A stretch of DNA of 64,000 bases from Tetramitus jugosus. Its lineage: Eukaryota > Protista > Heterolobosea. The notes under the pieces are model-generated. The model saw only the letters and a program-made list of their open reading frames with translations, did no database searches and had not been told where the DNA came from. The stretch covers positions 124,001-188,000 of the forward strand of contig OW569350.1 of the NCBI GenBank assembly GCA_937625935.1, given 5' to 3'. Shown here one piece after another: positions 1 to 10,324 of this stretch. The first letter of the stretch is position 1. Each line of letters starts with the position of its first letter. A program made the translations under genes and the position numbers.

Positions 1-1571
1 CTTGTTTTATCGACACTCTTCACTGCGTAATAAACTGTGTCAAAATAGAGAGCAGCATAATCAACTTCATATCTTGCCTTATTCTGGCTGTTCATGTCTG
101 GACCATACCATGTCTCACCCCACAAGCTGGCCTCGTTTTCATTATTTCCAGACCAAAGAGCGATCGACGGGTGATGATGCAACCGTTCTATTTGTTCAAT
201 GACTTCTATCCTAATATTTTCGAGAAACTGGGAATCTCTTGGATAGTTGGCACAAGCAAACATCATCTCCTGCCAAACTAAAATGCCCAATTGGTCGCAC
301 CGTTCATAAAAGTAATCCGATTGATAGAGCCCACCACCCCAAACCCTAATCATATTCATGTTTGAATCTCTAACGCTATCCAATAAGTCATCAACATCTC
401 TGTTTGTGACCCTGTCTAAGAATGAGTCCATGGGAATGAAGTTTGCACCTTTGGCGAATATCGGTATTCCATTCACATTGAAGTAAAAGCTTCTACTATC
501 TGTTTGTTCTTCACTGTCGATTAGATCCGTAACTAGCTTAATATCTCTGAATCCGACAGTAATCAATCGATAGTCGATTGGTTGTCTATCTGGCGATGAC
601 AACTGAACCGTAATGTTATAGAGAACCGGATTTCCATACCCGTTTGGCCACCAGAGTTCCACATCTGAAACCACCTTAACTGTATCAAGTTTATTGACAC
701 CAGGGTTTAGCTTCATGAGAACGGTAGAATTCTCTTTTGGGAGCAGAATGTCAATTCGTACATCTCTCGGCTCATTTCCTGCTAGGAACATATAGGTTGC
801 GATTGAAGTTTTAAATTGCTTGTATGAATGCATTGCTTCAGTTTGAACAACAACCTTGTCTATTCGTGCTGACTTCTTGGGAAGCAATCGTATGTATATA
901 TCTTTGTGAATTGCTTGAGTTGGGAACGATGGACCCCAGTCCCAAGCAAATGAACTCTGCATCTTTCGGATATAATTCCGATATGGCTCTCCAGAGAATG
1001 CTTCAATATCATCACTACTCGGCACAAAATATGGATACTTATTCCTTCTGTCTCTGGAGTATGAAAGCGCAGATGTGAACGATATGGATAGACGTGATCC
1101 AACCTGAACATTTTTCAACACTGGCAATGTCCATCGTCTGAACATGTTGTCACTCTTTCCCAGAATGACATTATCCAGTTTAATTTGTGAAACAGTGTCC
1201 AATCCATCACAAACAATTTCACAAACAAACTCTTGCTCGCAGTTGAAAAATCGATCAAATGAGTACTCATATGTCCAATTGTCATGAACGATCCACTTTT
1301 GCAAAAGGTCATTATAACCAAAGTAGGGTTCAGATATCAAACCGTGCTTCAACAGATGCATATGCACAGATCCAGGTATGCGGATGTCTCCTTTCAACAC
1401 AATAGACTCGTTGGCATTTCTCAACATCCACAGGTCTGGATCGTTGAGCATGAATGTAGATGTGCCAGATTTGTTTGTTGCCCATTTGGATGTTGTTCCT
1501 TGGCCAAATGGAACAATGAAACAACAGATCACAAAGCAAAAAAGACACAAGTTCTGAACGGCAGATTTCAT
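1..1571 (-). CDS. MANBA: Beta-mannosidase, glycoside hydrolase family 2 (5' part; runs off the window start)
   Basis: Not in the ORF track. Manual minus-strand translation from ATG 1571 gives a signal peptide (MKSAVQNLCLFCFVICCFIVPFGQG), then IPGSVHMHLLKHGLISEPYFGYND, SFAWDWGPSFPTQ, VNGIPIFAKGANFIPMDSF, NMIRVWGGGLY, WQEMMFACANYP and HHPSIALWSGNNENE (catalytic acid/base motif). Frame was checked at the WDWGP and GNNENE motifs. Confidence 0.93.
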   Translation of the reverse strand, partial: MKSAVQNLCLFCFVICCFIVPFGQGTTSKWATNKSGTSTFMLNDPDLWMLRNANESIVLKGDIRIPGSVHMHLLKHGLISEPYFGYNDLLQKWIVHDNWTYEYSFDRFFNCEQEFVCEIVCDGLDTVSQIKLDNVILGKSDNMFRRWTLPVLKNVQVGSRLSISFTSALSYSRDRRNKYPYFVPSSDDIEAFSGEPYRNYIRKMQSSFAWDWGPSFPTQAIHKDIYIRLLPKKSARIDKVVVQTEAMHSYKQFKTSIATYMFLAGNEPRDVRIDILLPKENSTVLMKLNPGVNKLDTVKVVSDVELWWPNGYGNPVLYNITVQLSSPDRQPIDYRLITVGFRDIKLVTDLIDSEEQTDSRSFYFNVNGIPIFAKGANFIPMDSFLDRVTNRDVDDLLDSVRDSNMNMIRVWGGGLYQSDYFYERCDQLGILVWQEMMFACANYPRDSQFLENIRIEVIEQIERLHHHPSIALWSGNNENEASLWGETWYGPDMNSQNKARYEVDYAALYFDTVYYAVKSVDKT

Positions 1572-1683
1572 TTCTTTTGGTTTTTTCTAATTCACCGATT
1601 CAAGCAGACCAGAACTCAAGAAACTTGACAAACTAGAATGATACAGTATTTACATTTATTAATTTGTGAGAATCGAGAGTATT

Positions 1684-2277
1684 CTAGATTGGACAACACC
1701 AAACAAAAACCGTGACGGGGGCAGGTGTAGAAGTGGTAGGATTGATACATTCACCTCTTCTTCCTACTGGGAAGGCACCTCCAAACGGAGCGTCTTGTCT
1801 CAAGACTCCTGGAGGTGTGCACTGACTTCCTCCTTCCAGCGCGAATTCATTTGCTAGGCAATTGACAACCACTACACCAGCACCATTGGATTGCCTCAAC
1901 GTACACCGAGTGACATCTACTCCCTTTGGACCTGGTGGACCTTGTGGACCGATTGGACCGGCAGGTCCGGGAATTCCATTTGGACCTTGTGGACCGGGTG
2001 GACCGATTGGGCCAGCAGGACCAGGAATTCCATTTGCACCTGCTGGGCCAGGTGGGCCGGCAGGACCGGCAGGTCCAGGGGCACCTTGGCACCCTTTCGA
2101 TACAATCTTGTCGTCACTGCAACACTCGACCTGGGGATCGAAACATTTGTTCTTGCAGCATTCTTGGCCCGTGGGACAGTCTTTCTTTTGATTACAGTTC
2201 TTGTTATTGCCTCCAGAGATGGAGGTCACGATCAACAATAAAAGTAGGGCACCGATAAAAAACTTGAGTCTGTTCAT
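1684..2277 (-). CDS. Secreted Cys-rich collagen-like protein, copy 1 (20 Gly-X-Y triplets)
   Basis: Hydrophobic signal peptide, Cys module [26 protein letters not shown], 20 uninterrupted Gly-X-Y triplets (GCQ...GVD), and a Cys-rich C-terminal domain ending VWCCPI. A paralog lies next to it. Confidence 0.9.
   Translation of the reverse strand: MNRLKFFIGALLLLLIVTSISGGNNKNCNQKKDCPTGQECCKNKCFDPQVECCSDDKIVSKGCQGAPGPAGPAGPPGPAGANGIPGPAGPIGPPGPQGPNGIPGPAGPIGPQGPPGPKGVDVTRCTLRQSNGAGVVVVNCLANEFALEGGSQCTPPGVLRQDAPFGGAFPVGRRGECINPTTSTPAPVTVFVWCCPI
1913..2092 (-). repeat. Gly-X-Y collagen-coding 9-bp periodic repeat with an internal 27-bp-scale duplication ([12 protein letters not shown] twice)
   Basis: Recurring ggacc/ggtcc units. 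The peptide [12 protein letters not shown] occurs twice. Confidence 0.8.
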
Positions 2278-2722
2278 TGTTTGTTGGTTGGTTTGTGAGT
2301 TTTGGCTGCACTAATCTACAAGAATTCAAGTCAATAAATACCTCTCTCTCAGTTGATCTGATCAGATGGGACACACAATAAGGAAAATGAGATGTATTTT
2401 TCACTCACAATTTGCCTTGTTCAATGTTTGATGGGTATGATATCGTTGGTTATCTGAACGTATCTGTTCCATGTTTGTCTATTTTCTCTAAAAGGTGTTT
2501 GGCCTCCCTCCATCCCGAACCAATTCCGCGTATTTTTACATATTCCGTTCGAAGAAGGGCATGTTGAGTCGTGATGTTTGTCGGTGCACTCATCCAGTGT
2601 TTGACTAGTGACTAAAATATCTAGGAACGATTCTACTTCAAACCTTTTGGGTGAAGTTAGCATTTCCAAGTTGCTTCACACTCTGAGAAATGATATTTAC
2701 AAGAACATTACAATAAGGTTTC

Positions 2723-3205
2723 TCATGGATTGATTGGGCAACACCAAAGAAAGATCGTTGTTGGAGTTGCGGCACCATTGGAGGGAAGGAGACATTCACC
2801 TCTTCTTCCTATTGGGAATTGGGGAGATCCAAACGGAAGGTCTTGTCTGAGGAATCCTGGAAAACTGCACAAGGTTCCTCCCTCCAACATAAATTCACCT
2901 GCGCCACAACTCGCAATCAACAAACCACCTCCCAAGAACTGTCGCATCTCACACAGAGTTAGATTAACAGTTCCTCGCGGACCCTGTACTCCCTGTATCC
3001 CCTGAATTCCTTGTGGACCCTGGCATCCCTTGGATAAGATCTTATTGTTGCTGCAACACTCCAACTTGGGATCGAAACATTTGTTCTTACAGCATTCTAG
3101 ACCTACTGGACAGTCTAGCTTGGGGCCACAGTTCTGACCAGAGATGAAGGTCACAATCAATAATAGAAAAAACGCACTTGTGACAAAAAGTATGTGCTTG
3201 TTCAT
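2723..3205 (-). CDS. Secreted Cys-rich collagen-like protein, copy 2 (7 Gly-X-Y triplets)
   Basis: Start placed at ATG 3205 (MNKHILF...) by alignment with copy 1. Shares [57 protein letters not shown] and WCCPI with copy 1. Confidence 0.88.
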   Translation of the reverse strand: MNKHILFVTSAFFLLLIVTFISGQNCGPKLDCPVGLECCKNKCFDPKLECCSNNKILSKGCQGPQGIQGIQGVQGPRGTVNLTLCEMRQFLGGGLLIASCGAGEFMLEGGTLCSFPGFLRQDLPFGSPQFPIGRRGECLLPSNGAATPTTIFLWCCPINP

Positions 3206-3536
3206 CGCTAGTTGTTGGTTTGTATTCTCATCGACAGAATTCAATCGATCAAAACCTCTTCGGGTAACTGGCTGGAAGCCTGGTCGATTAGATCAGATGC
3301 GACACCCAAAAAGGAAAGTTGAAAGTATTTTCATTCAATCTTTGGATCTGATTGTCCTTCAAATAGAGAAAGAATCCTCCAAATGGAAGGTGATCATCCC
3401 GCAATGAAACACTCGAAAAGTTCACTGCATTTCGAGTTCATTGGCAAACAAAACAATCTTATTGGTTAATGCACGATGGCCACTGGTTTGCTTGAAACAT
3501 CATGCTACCTTTATTCAGATCTCTGCATTTCTGAGA

Positions 3537-5788
3537 TTAGAGCCCAAACCATCGAACTGAAAAATTCTGCGAGAGCCAAATGAATACGTTGAGCATCATT
3601 AGTCTGAACCTCAATCGAAGCAACTCAGTATTCATTGAGAGCTTTTCAAAGAGAGATTTGAGCTTTTGACGCTTTACAGGTATGACGATGGATCTTTCTG
3701 TGTGATTCTCGATAATCTGTTCGTGCGATCTCATCTTGGTGTGCACAGCACGAATGCAGTACTCTGCCATCGTTCCAAACCGGTTAACAGACGCATTCAT
3801 GTCAAATATTAGGTTTCTGACTTGTGCATTGGCTCTCAACAATAAAACAAGACTTTTGTTGGTACTGTTCTGATCGATCATGTCCTCAATAATGTTGTCC
3901 ATCGAGTTTCTTCCATTCACCAAATACTTTTCGCGCAATCTCTTGACCACATGCTTCCACTCTGCCTTGGACATGTTCTTCTGTCTTCTGTTGTCCAACA
4001 TGGCATTTTGACTTCTACAAAGAAAGAACATGTGTGTGAGCTTCCAACGCTTTCTAACATATCGCAGACAACAAAATATCAACAATAATTGAGGAACTTA
4101 CGAATCCAGGATATTGGCAGCCGATAGAAACATGGCAAACAAAAGATAAAACTCTGAATCAATTCCCAACTCTCCAGTAAAATGCTTCATGTCTTCATGA
4201 TCTCTAAATACAATACTCTTCCACAAACTTGCGTAATCAATACGAGTTTTTTCGTTCAACTCCTCGTAGCATCCATGATCCAAGTACACTAACTGTGCTT
4301 TTTTGAGCTTCTGGTTATATCTGACAAAGATATTACCGCTGTGCAAATCTGAATGGATAAATCCGTGCTCAAACGTCTGTCTCGAAAAACTGTTCATCAA
4401 CAATTGAGCCATCTCTTGAGATGATATTCCCATCTTCTCCATTTGCTTATAATCTGTAATCTTACATCCATCAATAAACTCCATGACTAACACTCGCTTC
4501 GTTATCTTGTCCCAATACAACTGTGGAGCAGTGATAGAATCCGTGTCTGCAAACATGTCTCTTAATCGCTCACAATTCTTTGCTTCGTTCATAAAGTCCA
4601 ACTCAGACTGGAGCACTCGTTCAAACTCTGGCAGCAACCAATCCAGTGAAAATTTGTTCTTCAACTTGTAAGCAAACATGATCCAGCCCATAGCTCTCAA
4701 ATCAGCCTTGAAAATCTCTGACAGCCCTGGATGTTGAATCTTCACTGCAACCTTCTCGTTGGTGTCTTTCAAATGAGCCACATGGACTTGAGCAACTATC
4801 AAATCAATGGGTTGGGACATTAAGAATCATACATGAACAAATTAGTTTGAGCTAATAAAATTCCCATTTGGGTGGAACAATCCGAGCAATCCACAACAAC
4901 AATAACAACTCACAATAACAAAAAATAGAATGTCGGAAAAAGAGACATACTGGACGCTGATGCAATTGGTTCCGTGTCAAACGACGAGAACATGGTATTG
5001 GGATCAACTCCAAACTCCTCCTTGAAAATTTGAACCGTTTCTTCATACGTGTGCGTTGGTGCGCGATCCATCAACACTGACAATGTATCCGTGTACTCTT
5101 TTGGTAAAATGTACGACAGAGATGCCAAATACTGGCCTGCCTTGACATATGCACCCTTGTTGGTTCGACACAAGTGAAGCATGAGATCAGCGCATTGCTG
5201 ATGCACCATTCTCCTCTCTGATGCATAAAAATCCATGAATGCTTCATCTTCAATGATTTGAGCCTCTCGTTGTTCATGACTCATCGTCGTCAGCTCATTG
5301 TTTTCACTGTTTGAGCTTGCATTATCATTACCACCATTATCATTACCACCATTATCAGATGCAAATCTTCGATGAGTGGCTTGATTCATGCGATCAGCGT
5401 ACTTGTCATTGAAATCACTGTACAGTTTAGAGATTCTGTACATGGTGTATCCTGCTTGAATGCTTCTCCATTGATCATAAATGGCATAGGCAACTGTGAC
5501 TCCTAATGCAGCACTACCCCACATGAGAAGTGGTTTGATGAATGATGATGAATTGTTCTTGTTGCTTCCATTGTTTCCTTGCTGTTCCTCTTGTTGTTGT
5601 TGTTGCTGTTTGTATTGCTCTTGTTTGTACTGTTGATCAACTTGCAAAAGAGTGTTGATGACTGTAGTGTGATAAGGAGCAGAAGAGTTGGCAACGCGAT
5701 GAGAATAAATGTGTCGATTGTTGATTGTTGGCACCAGTCCTCTTTTTGAACAGCATTTGGATGCTTTCAACAATGGTAGTCGCTTCAT
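3537..5788 (-). CDS. ABC1/UbiB atypical kinase (ADCK1/ADCK5-like), probably mitochondrial; 3 exons (5788-4951, 4795-4102, 4014-3537)
   Basis: KxGQ motif (YVKAGQYLAS), PIASAS|IAQVH joined across a GT-AG intron, VAVKIQHP, ELDFMNEAKN, LVMEFIDG, GFIHSDLHSGN and LDHG. Basic N-terminal presequence plus one TM segment. Confidence 0.92.
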
Positions 5789-5886
5789 TTTGTTTTTTTG
5801 TTTGCGCACAAACACTTTGGGAAGAACAATAAGGACCAATTATCTGGGCAAGGACGACAGTAAGGAGTTTATGAAGGCGAGCTAGG

Positions 5887-6375
5887 CTATGACTTTTTCG
5901 GATCAGATGGAGACTTTTCAAACAAAAAGATGTAAGCTTTGGGTTTGAGCATGGTCAGAGCAGGAATCAAGGGTCTGGAAGGAGATCCAAGAGCTTGATG
6001 GGAGGATTGTGTGGATGAGACAAGTGTGGAACTTGTATCCGTGTTTGGGGCTGGTGTAGTTGTCCTTTCTGTTCGTACAATAAATGTGCATTGCTTCGTG
6101 GGAGCTGATAGGAACCGACAGAGTGGAATGCTCGTTTTAATAGAGTTGTTCTTGAGACCTTCCACCCATATCTCTGAGATGTGGCAGCGCCTCTCAGTAC
6201 CTCTAAAGACACATATTTCTTCAAACAACTCCACACTCTCTTTCGTAGCTACAGTGAACTGTCTCTCGAAGCATCTCAGCCCTCCGGTGTACCTCGCATG
6301 AACCTTAATTCGATGATCAGTTTCATTGCGAACAAAAGCACTGAACAAGAAGTCGCACTGATCCGACTCGGTCAT
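5887..6375 (-). CDS. Hypothetical protein, 162 aa (beta-rich N-terminal ~100 aa, S/T/P-rich tail)
   Basis: ATG-initiated ORF filling the space between two genes, with a globular-looking sequence. No family recognised. Confidence 0.6.
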   Translation of the reverse strand: MTESDQCDFLFSAFVRNETDHRIKVHARYTGGLRCFERQFTVATKESVELFEEICVFRGTERRCHISEIWVEGLKNNSIKTSIPLCRFLSAPTKQCTFIVRTERTTTPAPNTDTSSTLVSSTQSSHQALGSPSRPLIPALTMLKPKAYIFLFEKSPSDPKKS

Positions 6376-6735
6376 AATTATAATGTGTGTACGTGTTCTA
6401 ATATCTCACTGATTGGTTTTTGAAGACCAATGTTAGTGTGGATTTTTGTCGTGTATCATCTCGGAGAAAACACTGTAAAAACCTTCGCAACGGTTGGGTC
6501 GATAATGAGCAATGATACCATCATGAAAGAAGATCAAGTATTCGTTACAGCAGACCATGAAGAACGAAGCTCGGCCAATTTGAAAGTCAAATGAGAAAGC
6601 TAAATCATCTTCACTACCAGCAATCTCAATCAAATATCTATTCTCACAGCTCAAAAATGCTGTGGATAACATTGGAAGTAGGACACGAACTCAATTGACT
6701 TTATGAATCTGTGTGTTAGTCAACAATGATCTCTC

Positions 6736-7848
6736 TCAGAGACCAGCATCCTTCATCTTTTGTTCATCTGTTTTTTGCTCCACTCTGAAATTGGCTCCCG
6801 AACCAACCATACCCGCATTCTCCATGATAAAGTAATCTGCATCGTCTCCCTTGACTGCCGCAACTCTGGCTTGTTTCTGGTTGAGCTTGAACTGCAAATC
6901 TAGCATCTGAGATTCGGACAATGGGAATCCCCACACTTCTATTTGATCCACAATGAAATGGTATTGGTCCAAGTCATCAGGTGCATCATCCACATCGTAC
7001 ACATCAGTGCACAAACTAGGTGAAAAATTGTATGTCAGTAGACCTGGTCTCGACGTTCCTCGAGAGAATGTCCGATCAAGACTCAGACAAAAGAAATTCA
7101 TGCGACCACCCAGGGCCAATCCATTGTACTCGTTGAATTCGTTGCCCTCATTAAAATACATGTAATTTTCATTGCGATTCGATGATCGAAACACTTGAAG
7201 ACCCGGTTCTTGATGTGCAGTATCCGCAGTAAACGTCGTATCATCATCATCAGCAGCAGCAGCAGCACCAACACCATTGTTGTTTTGAGGCGCTACACTT
7301 GTTGCAAATGATGGATCAAATGTGAACAAGAAACAATTGGAATCACCAAAAAACTGTCCGTTTCGTTTCCAGTCCTGAGACGCAAATGAGCCAAACACGC
7401 GACCAAACGTATCACGAATCAAAATCAATGTCGGTCCTCGGTTCAAGCACCTCTCTGTAAATTGTTTAATGGACGTTCCCATTTTGCGAGAAGAGTACAA
7501 CAAAATCCAATCATCGTGCATTCGCTGTGTGCTCGGAAGTTCTCTTCTCAGTGAAATCAATTGTTCGTTGGATAGGAGCTGTGAGGGACCACCGTTCAAG
7601 TGTGGTGCATGGAGAGATGGCATTGCTAGTGATGGTGTTGGGTTGTTGTTATTGTTGTTGTTGTTGAATGTGGCATCAGTCATGTTATTGAATGGATGTT
7701 CACTATGGATGGCAGATGTAGCTGTGGCAGTGGTGAAATGGGTGGAAGAAGAATCTGTGTCTGTTGTTGGATGGTGATGGAGGTGGTGGTGATTGGACGA
7801 CGATGAATGCGGCTGTTGAGGTTGTTGGCGGCTATCTGCTTGTCCCAT
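6736..7848 (-). CDS. TLDc-domain protein (MEAK7/TLDC1-like) with N-myristoylation motif
   Basis: WILLYSSRKMGTS...GPTLILIRD..G.VFGSF...FFGDSNCFLF...N.NYMY...GLALGG...IEVWG. N-terminus MGQADS fits MGxxxS. Confidence 0.9.
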   Translation of the reverse strand: MGQADSRQQPQQPHSSSSNHHHLHHHPTTDTDSSSTHFTTATATSAIHSEHPFNNMTDATFNNNNNNNNPTPSLAMPSLHAPHLNGGPSQLLSNEQLISLRRELPSTQRMHDDWILLYSSRKMGTSIKQFTERCLNRGPTLILIRDTFGRVFGSFASQDWKRNGQFFGDSNCFLFTFDPSFATSVAPQNNNGVGAAAAADDDDTTFTADTAHQEPGLQVFRSSNRNENYMYFNEGNEFNEYNGLALGGRMNFFCLSLDRTFSRGTSRPGLLTYNFSPSLCTDVYDVDDAPDDLDQYHFIVDQIEVWGFPLSESQMLDLQFKLNQKQARVAAVKGDDADYFIMENAGMVGSGANFRVEQKTDEQKMKDAGL

Positions 7849-8168
7849 TGTTTTTTAATGTTGTTCTTGCTTTGTTTTGATTTTCTTTTCTTGAAGAGTA
7901 AAGATATCCGAGAGAATCTCATCGCATGTTCTCGGCAGCTTCCACCACGGTAGCACATCAAAACACGTGAGAGGGTTCTCGACAGAAATCTTCCAGGTTG
8001 CCAGATATCTAGACCATCGCCTCGCTCTTTCGCTTGTATCGATCGGACAAAAGCGGACAAACTCAATTGAAGTTCAATGAGTTTGATGCAACGCCAAAAT
8101 TCACACAAACAACAAGAAAAAACAACGACTTGCATCAACAACAACAACAACAATCCAAGAGAGAAACC

Positions 8169-8651
8169 ATGAGCGACAGAGAAGATGATGAACCAATGAC
8201 CAACAACAGACATGAAGAAGAAGAATTAATGGATGATGAACAATATAGAACAACGGCCGATGATGATGCCACCATTGATGCCATTGCGAATCAAGAACTG
8301 GGATACCAGGAGGAATACGAGGAAGAAGACCAATCAGAGAATATGCTTCCAACAATCGATATACAACATGGTCCAGATGAAACTGTCACGACATTTATTT
8401 TCCACAATGAAACACACACATTGGGCAATTCACTGAGGCACATTTTGATGAAGAACAAGAAGGTTGACTTTTGTGGTTACACTGTGCCGCATCCATTGGA
8501 AGATAAGATGAGTTTGCGATTACAGACGAACGGTTCAAACGCATCGAAAACACTAGTAGAGGGAATGGGTGACTTGATGTCGATTACGGAGCATGTGATG
8601 CTCGTGTTTAATCAAAGAATGAACGAACATGAAGCAGATCACATGGACTAA
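8169..8651 (+). CDS. POLR1D: RNA polymerase I/III shared subunit AC19 (RPAC2)
   Basis: Rpb11-like motif TFIFHNETHTLGNSLRHILMKNKKVDFCGYTVPHPLEDKMSLRLQT and an acidic N-terminus. Start placed at ATG 8169. Confidence 0.92.
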   Translation: MSDREDDEPMTNNRHEEEELMDDEQYRTTADDDATIDAIANQELGYQEEYEEEDQSENMLPTIDIQHGPDETVTTFIFHNETHTLGNSLRHILMKNKKVDFCGYTVPHPLEDKMSLRLQTNGSNASKTLVEGMGDLMSITEHVMLVFNQRMNEHEADHMD

Positions 8652-8860
8652 AATAAATATCAAAAATTATCGCAATCATGTATGCCGTCAGTGAGTTTGT
8701 TGGTGAATTGCATTCTTCTATTTATCAAATGCTATTAAATGTTGATCTAGCGCAGCAAGAAAGGGTGTTTCCCTAACTAGTGTGTGTCTAGCTGTAAGAC
8801 TACTTGTTTTCTATTTGATCGACCTAGGTGTGAATGGGAGAAACTGAGAGAGATGCTGTC

Positions 8861-10324
8861 CTAGTGAGAAATGAGCTTCCACATCTCAGTGAAGATGATG
8901 GAAAGAGGTGAGGAATGAACAATGGATGGGCAGGTGGCAGTACTAGATCTGGACCACATCATATTCATAAACACCCACCATGTCACTGCAGCAAGCACAA
9001 TGAACACGTGCCAAATGTTGTGACTGTGGCCAATCAAATCAAAGAAGCCTGGGTAGAAGCGTTCTGGGAGCTTGAACACCCAGAACACAAGTCCGATTCC
9101 ATACAAGAGCAACATGGCAGTCAAACCAGCAAACAATGAATATTCACTGTTTGTCAACTGCATGGGCTTCATGGCAATGAACCAATGAGCAGCAGGTATA
9201 ATGCCAGATCCAACCATGCACAAAAAGAGCAACGTCCTAACTATTCTAAAAATCTTGACTGCTCTGGCTTTGTTGGCCACAGGAATGAATGGAAACACCA
9301 TACCCAACAGTGCAAACACAGCAATGGACGAAATGTAAACCACTTGCCATGCAAAGTAGCACCTCAGTTGAAAGTATAGAGCTGGGAAGAAACTGCCACC
9401 AATGAGACCACTGATGCCACTCAAGTCACACTTGTAACAGACTTGCCACGTTTTCCGAGAGTGACAATTAAATGTATGGTACAGTGTCGATGACAGGAAG
9501 CAATTGATGGCCAAGCATTCATACACCAACATGATGCACACATCAGCAAAATATATTCTTGATCCGTTCCAGACACGATAGATGGAAGAGGTAATGGTGA
9601 ATAGACTGAAGGCTGCAAACACCAATACACCAATCAAATGAGTCCAAATATTCACAGTTTCATTGTGCCACAGGAACAGACTCTTGAGACACAATGAAAA
9701 TGAAAAGTACGTCCGATAATACTTGAGAATGAATGGATTGTTGCGCAAAAAGGGTGGTACCTTATCCCAGGATACGAGCTCAACTTGATGTCTTCGCTTC
9801 GTTTCAGTGTCCGTTGTAAAATCTACAGTTGTCGTTGAAGAAATGGATGCAGCATTCAAATCGGAACTGATGCGAGATTCACACAACGAGTGACGATGAT
9901 GATCCGAACAACACAATGATGTTCTCCTCAATTGATCCTTAATGCTAGAGTCATAGTACAGTGAACGAGTTGGATCTTGCTCTTCTCCATCGGCCACAAT
10001 ATGAAACAAATACGATGGAACAAGCTCGTCTTCGTCTTCTTCGTCTTCTTGCTGTTTCATTGCCAACAATTCTTGAATGAGTGACGAAGGTGCGCTCGTC
10101 GGTTCAACAAACATGGACAGAATAGGGAATGGTGAGCGACTGACCATTGTCGAATCAGGGCTCATGTCTCCTTCACTGTCATCGTGCAACGTATCAGGGT
10201 GATTGTTGTTGAGCAAGAGATGGTTGTCGTCATCTCCTACAATGGTCTGCAGCAGAATGGATTGTGGTGTGGGAAGAATGATGAGAGAAGAAGAATCATT
10301 CTTCGTTAGAGATAGATGTTTCAT
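8861..10324 (-). CDS. PAQR/adiponectin-receptor (haemolysin-III) family 7-TM protein
   Basis: NPFILKYYR, HNETVNIWTHLIG, STLYHTFNCHS, DLSGI, LPERFYPGFFDLIGHSHNIWHVF. The start codon is uncertain. Confidence 0.92.
   Translation of the reverse strand: MKHLSLTKNDSSSLIILPTPQSILLQTIVGDDDNHLLLNNNHPDTLHDDSEGDMSPDSTMVSRSPFPILSMFVEPTSAPSSLIQELLAMKQQEDEEDEDELVPSYLFHIVADGEEQDPTRSLYYDSSIKDQLRRTSLCCSDHHRHSLCESRISSDLNAASISSTTTVDFTTDTETKRRHQVELVSWDKVPPFLRNNPFILKYYRTYFSFSLCLKSLFLWHNETVNIWTHLIGVLVFAAFSLFTITSSIYRVWNGSRIYFADVCIMLVYECLAINCFLSSTLYHTFNCHSRKTWQVCYKCDLSGISGLIGGSFFPALYFQLRCYFAWQVVYISSIAVFALLGMVFPFIPVANKARAVKIFRIVRTLLFLCMVGSGIIPAAHWFIAMKPMQLTNSEYSLFAGLTAMLLLYGIGLVFWVFKLPERFYPGFFDLIGHSHNIWHVFIVLAAVTWWVFMNMMWSRSSTATCPSIVHSSPLSIIFTEMWKLISH

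Noticed and set aside
1847-2258. Several overlapping ORFs in other frames and strand over the collagen repeat, including an antisense Gly-Pro-rich ORF
   Set aside because: These are shadow ORFs of the GC-rich Gly-Pro codon repeat. Only the 1684-2277 frame has a signal peptide and a paralog.
6376-6735. Short hairpins (ATTGGT..ACCAAT, CACAGC..GCTGTG) and an Sm-like ATTTTTG suggesting an snRNA or SECIS
   Set aside because: No U1/U2/U4/U5/U6 signature is seen and there is no in-frame TGA selenoprotein nearby. Stems this short are expected by chance. An Infernal/Rfam scan would settle it.
8740-8825. CCCTAAC next to small hairpins as a possible telomerase RNA template
   Set aside because: Only 7 nt of template (about 1.5 repeats would be expected), within a ~200-bp gap holding two convergent 3'UTRs.
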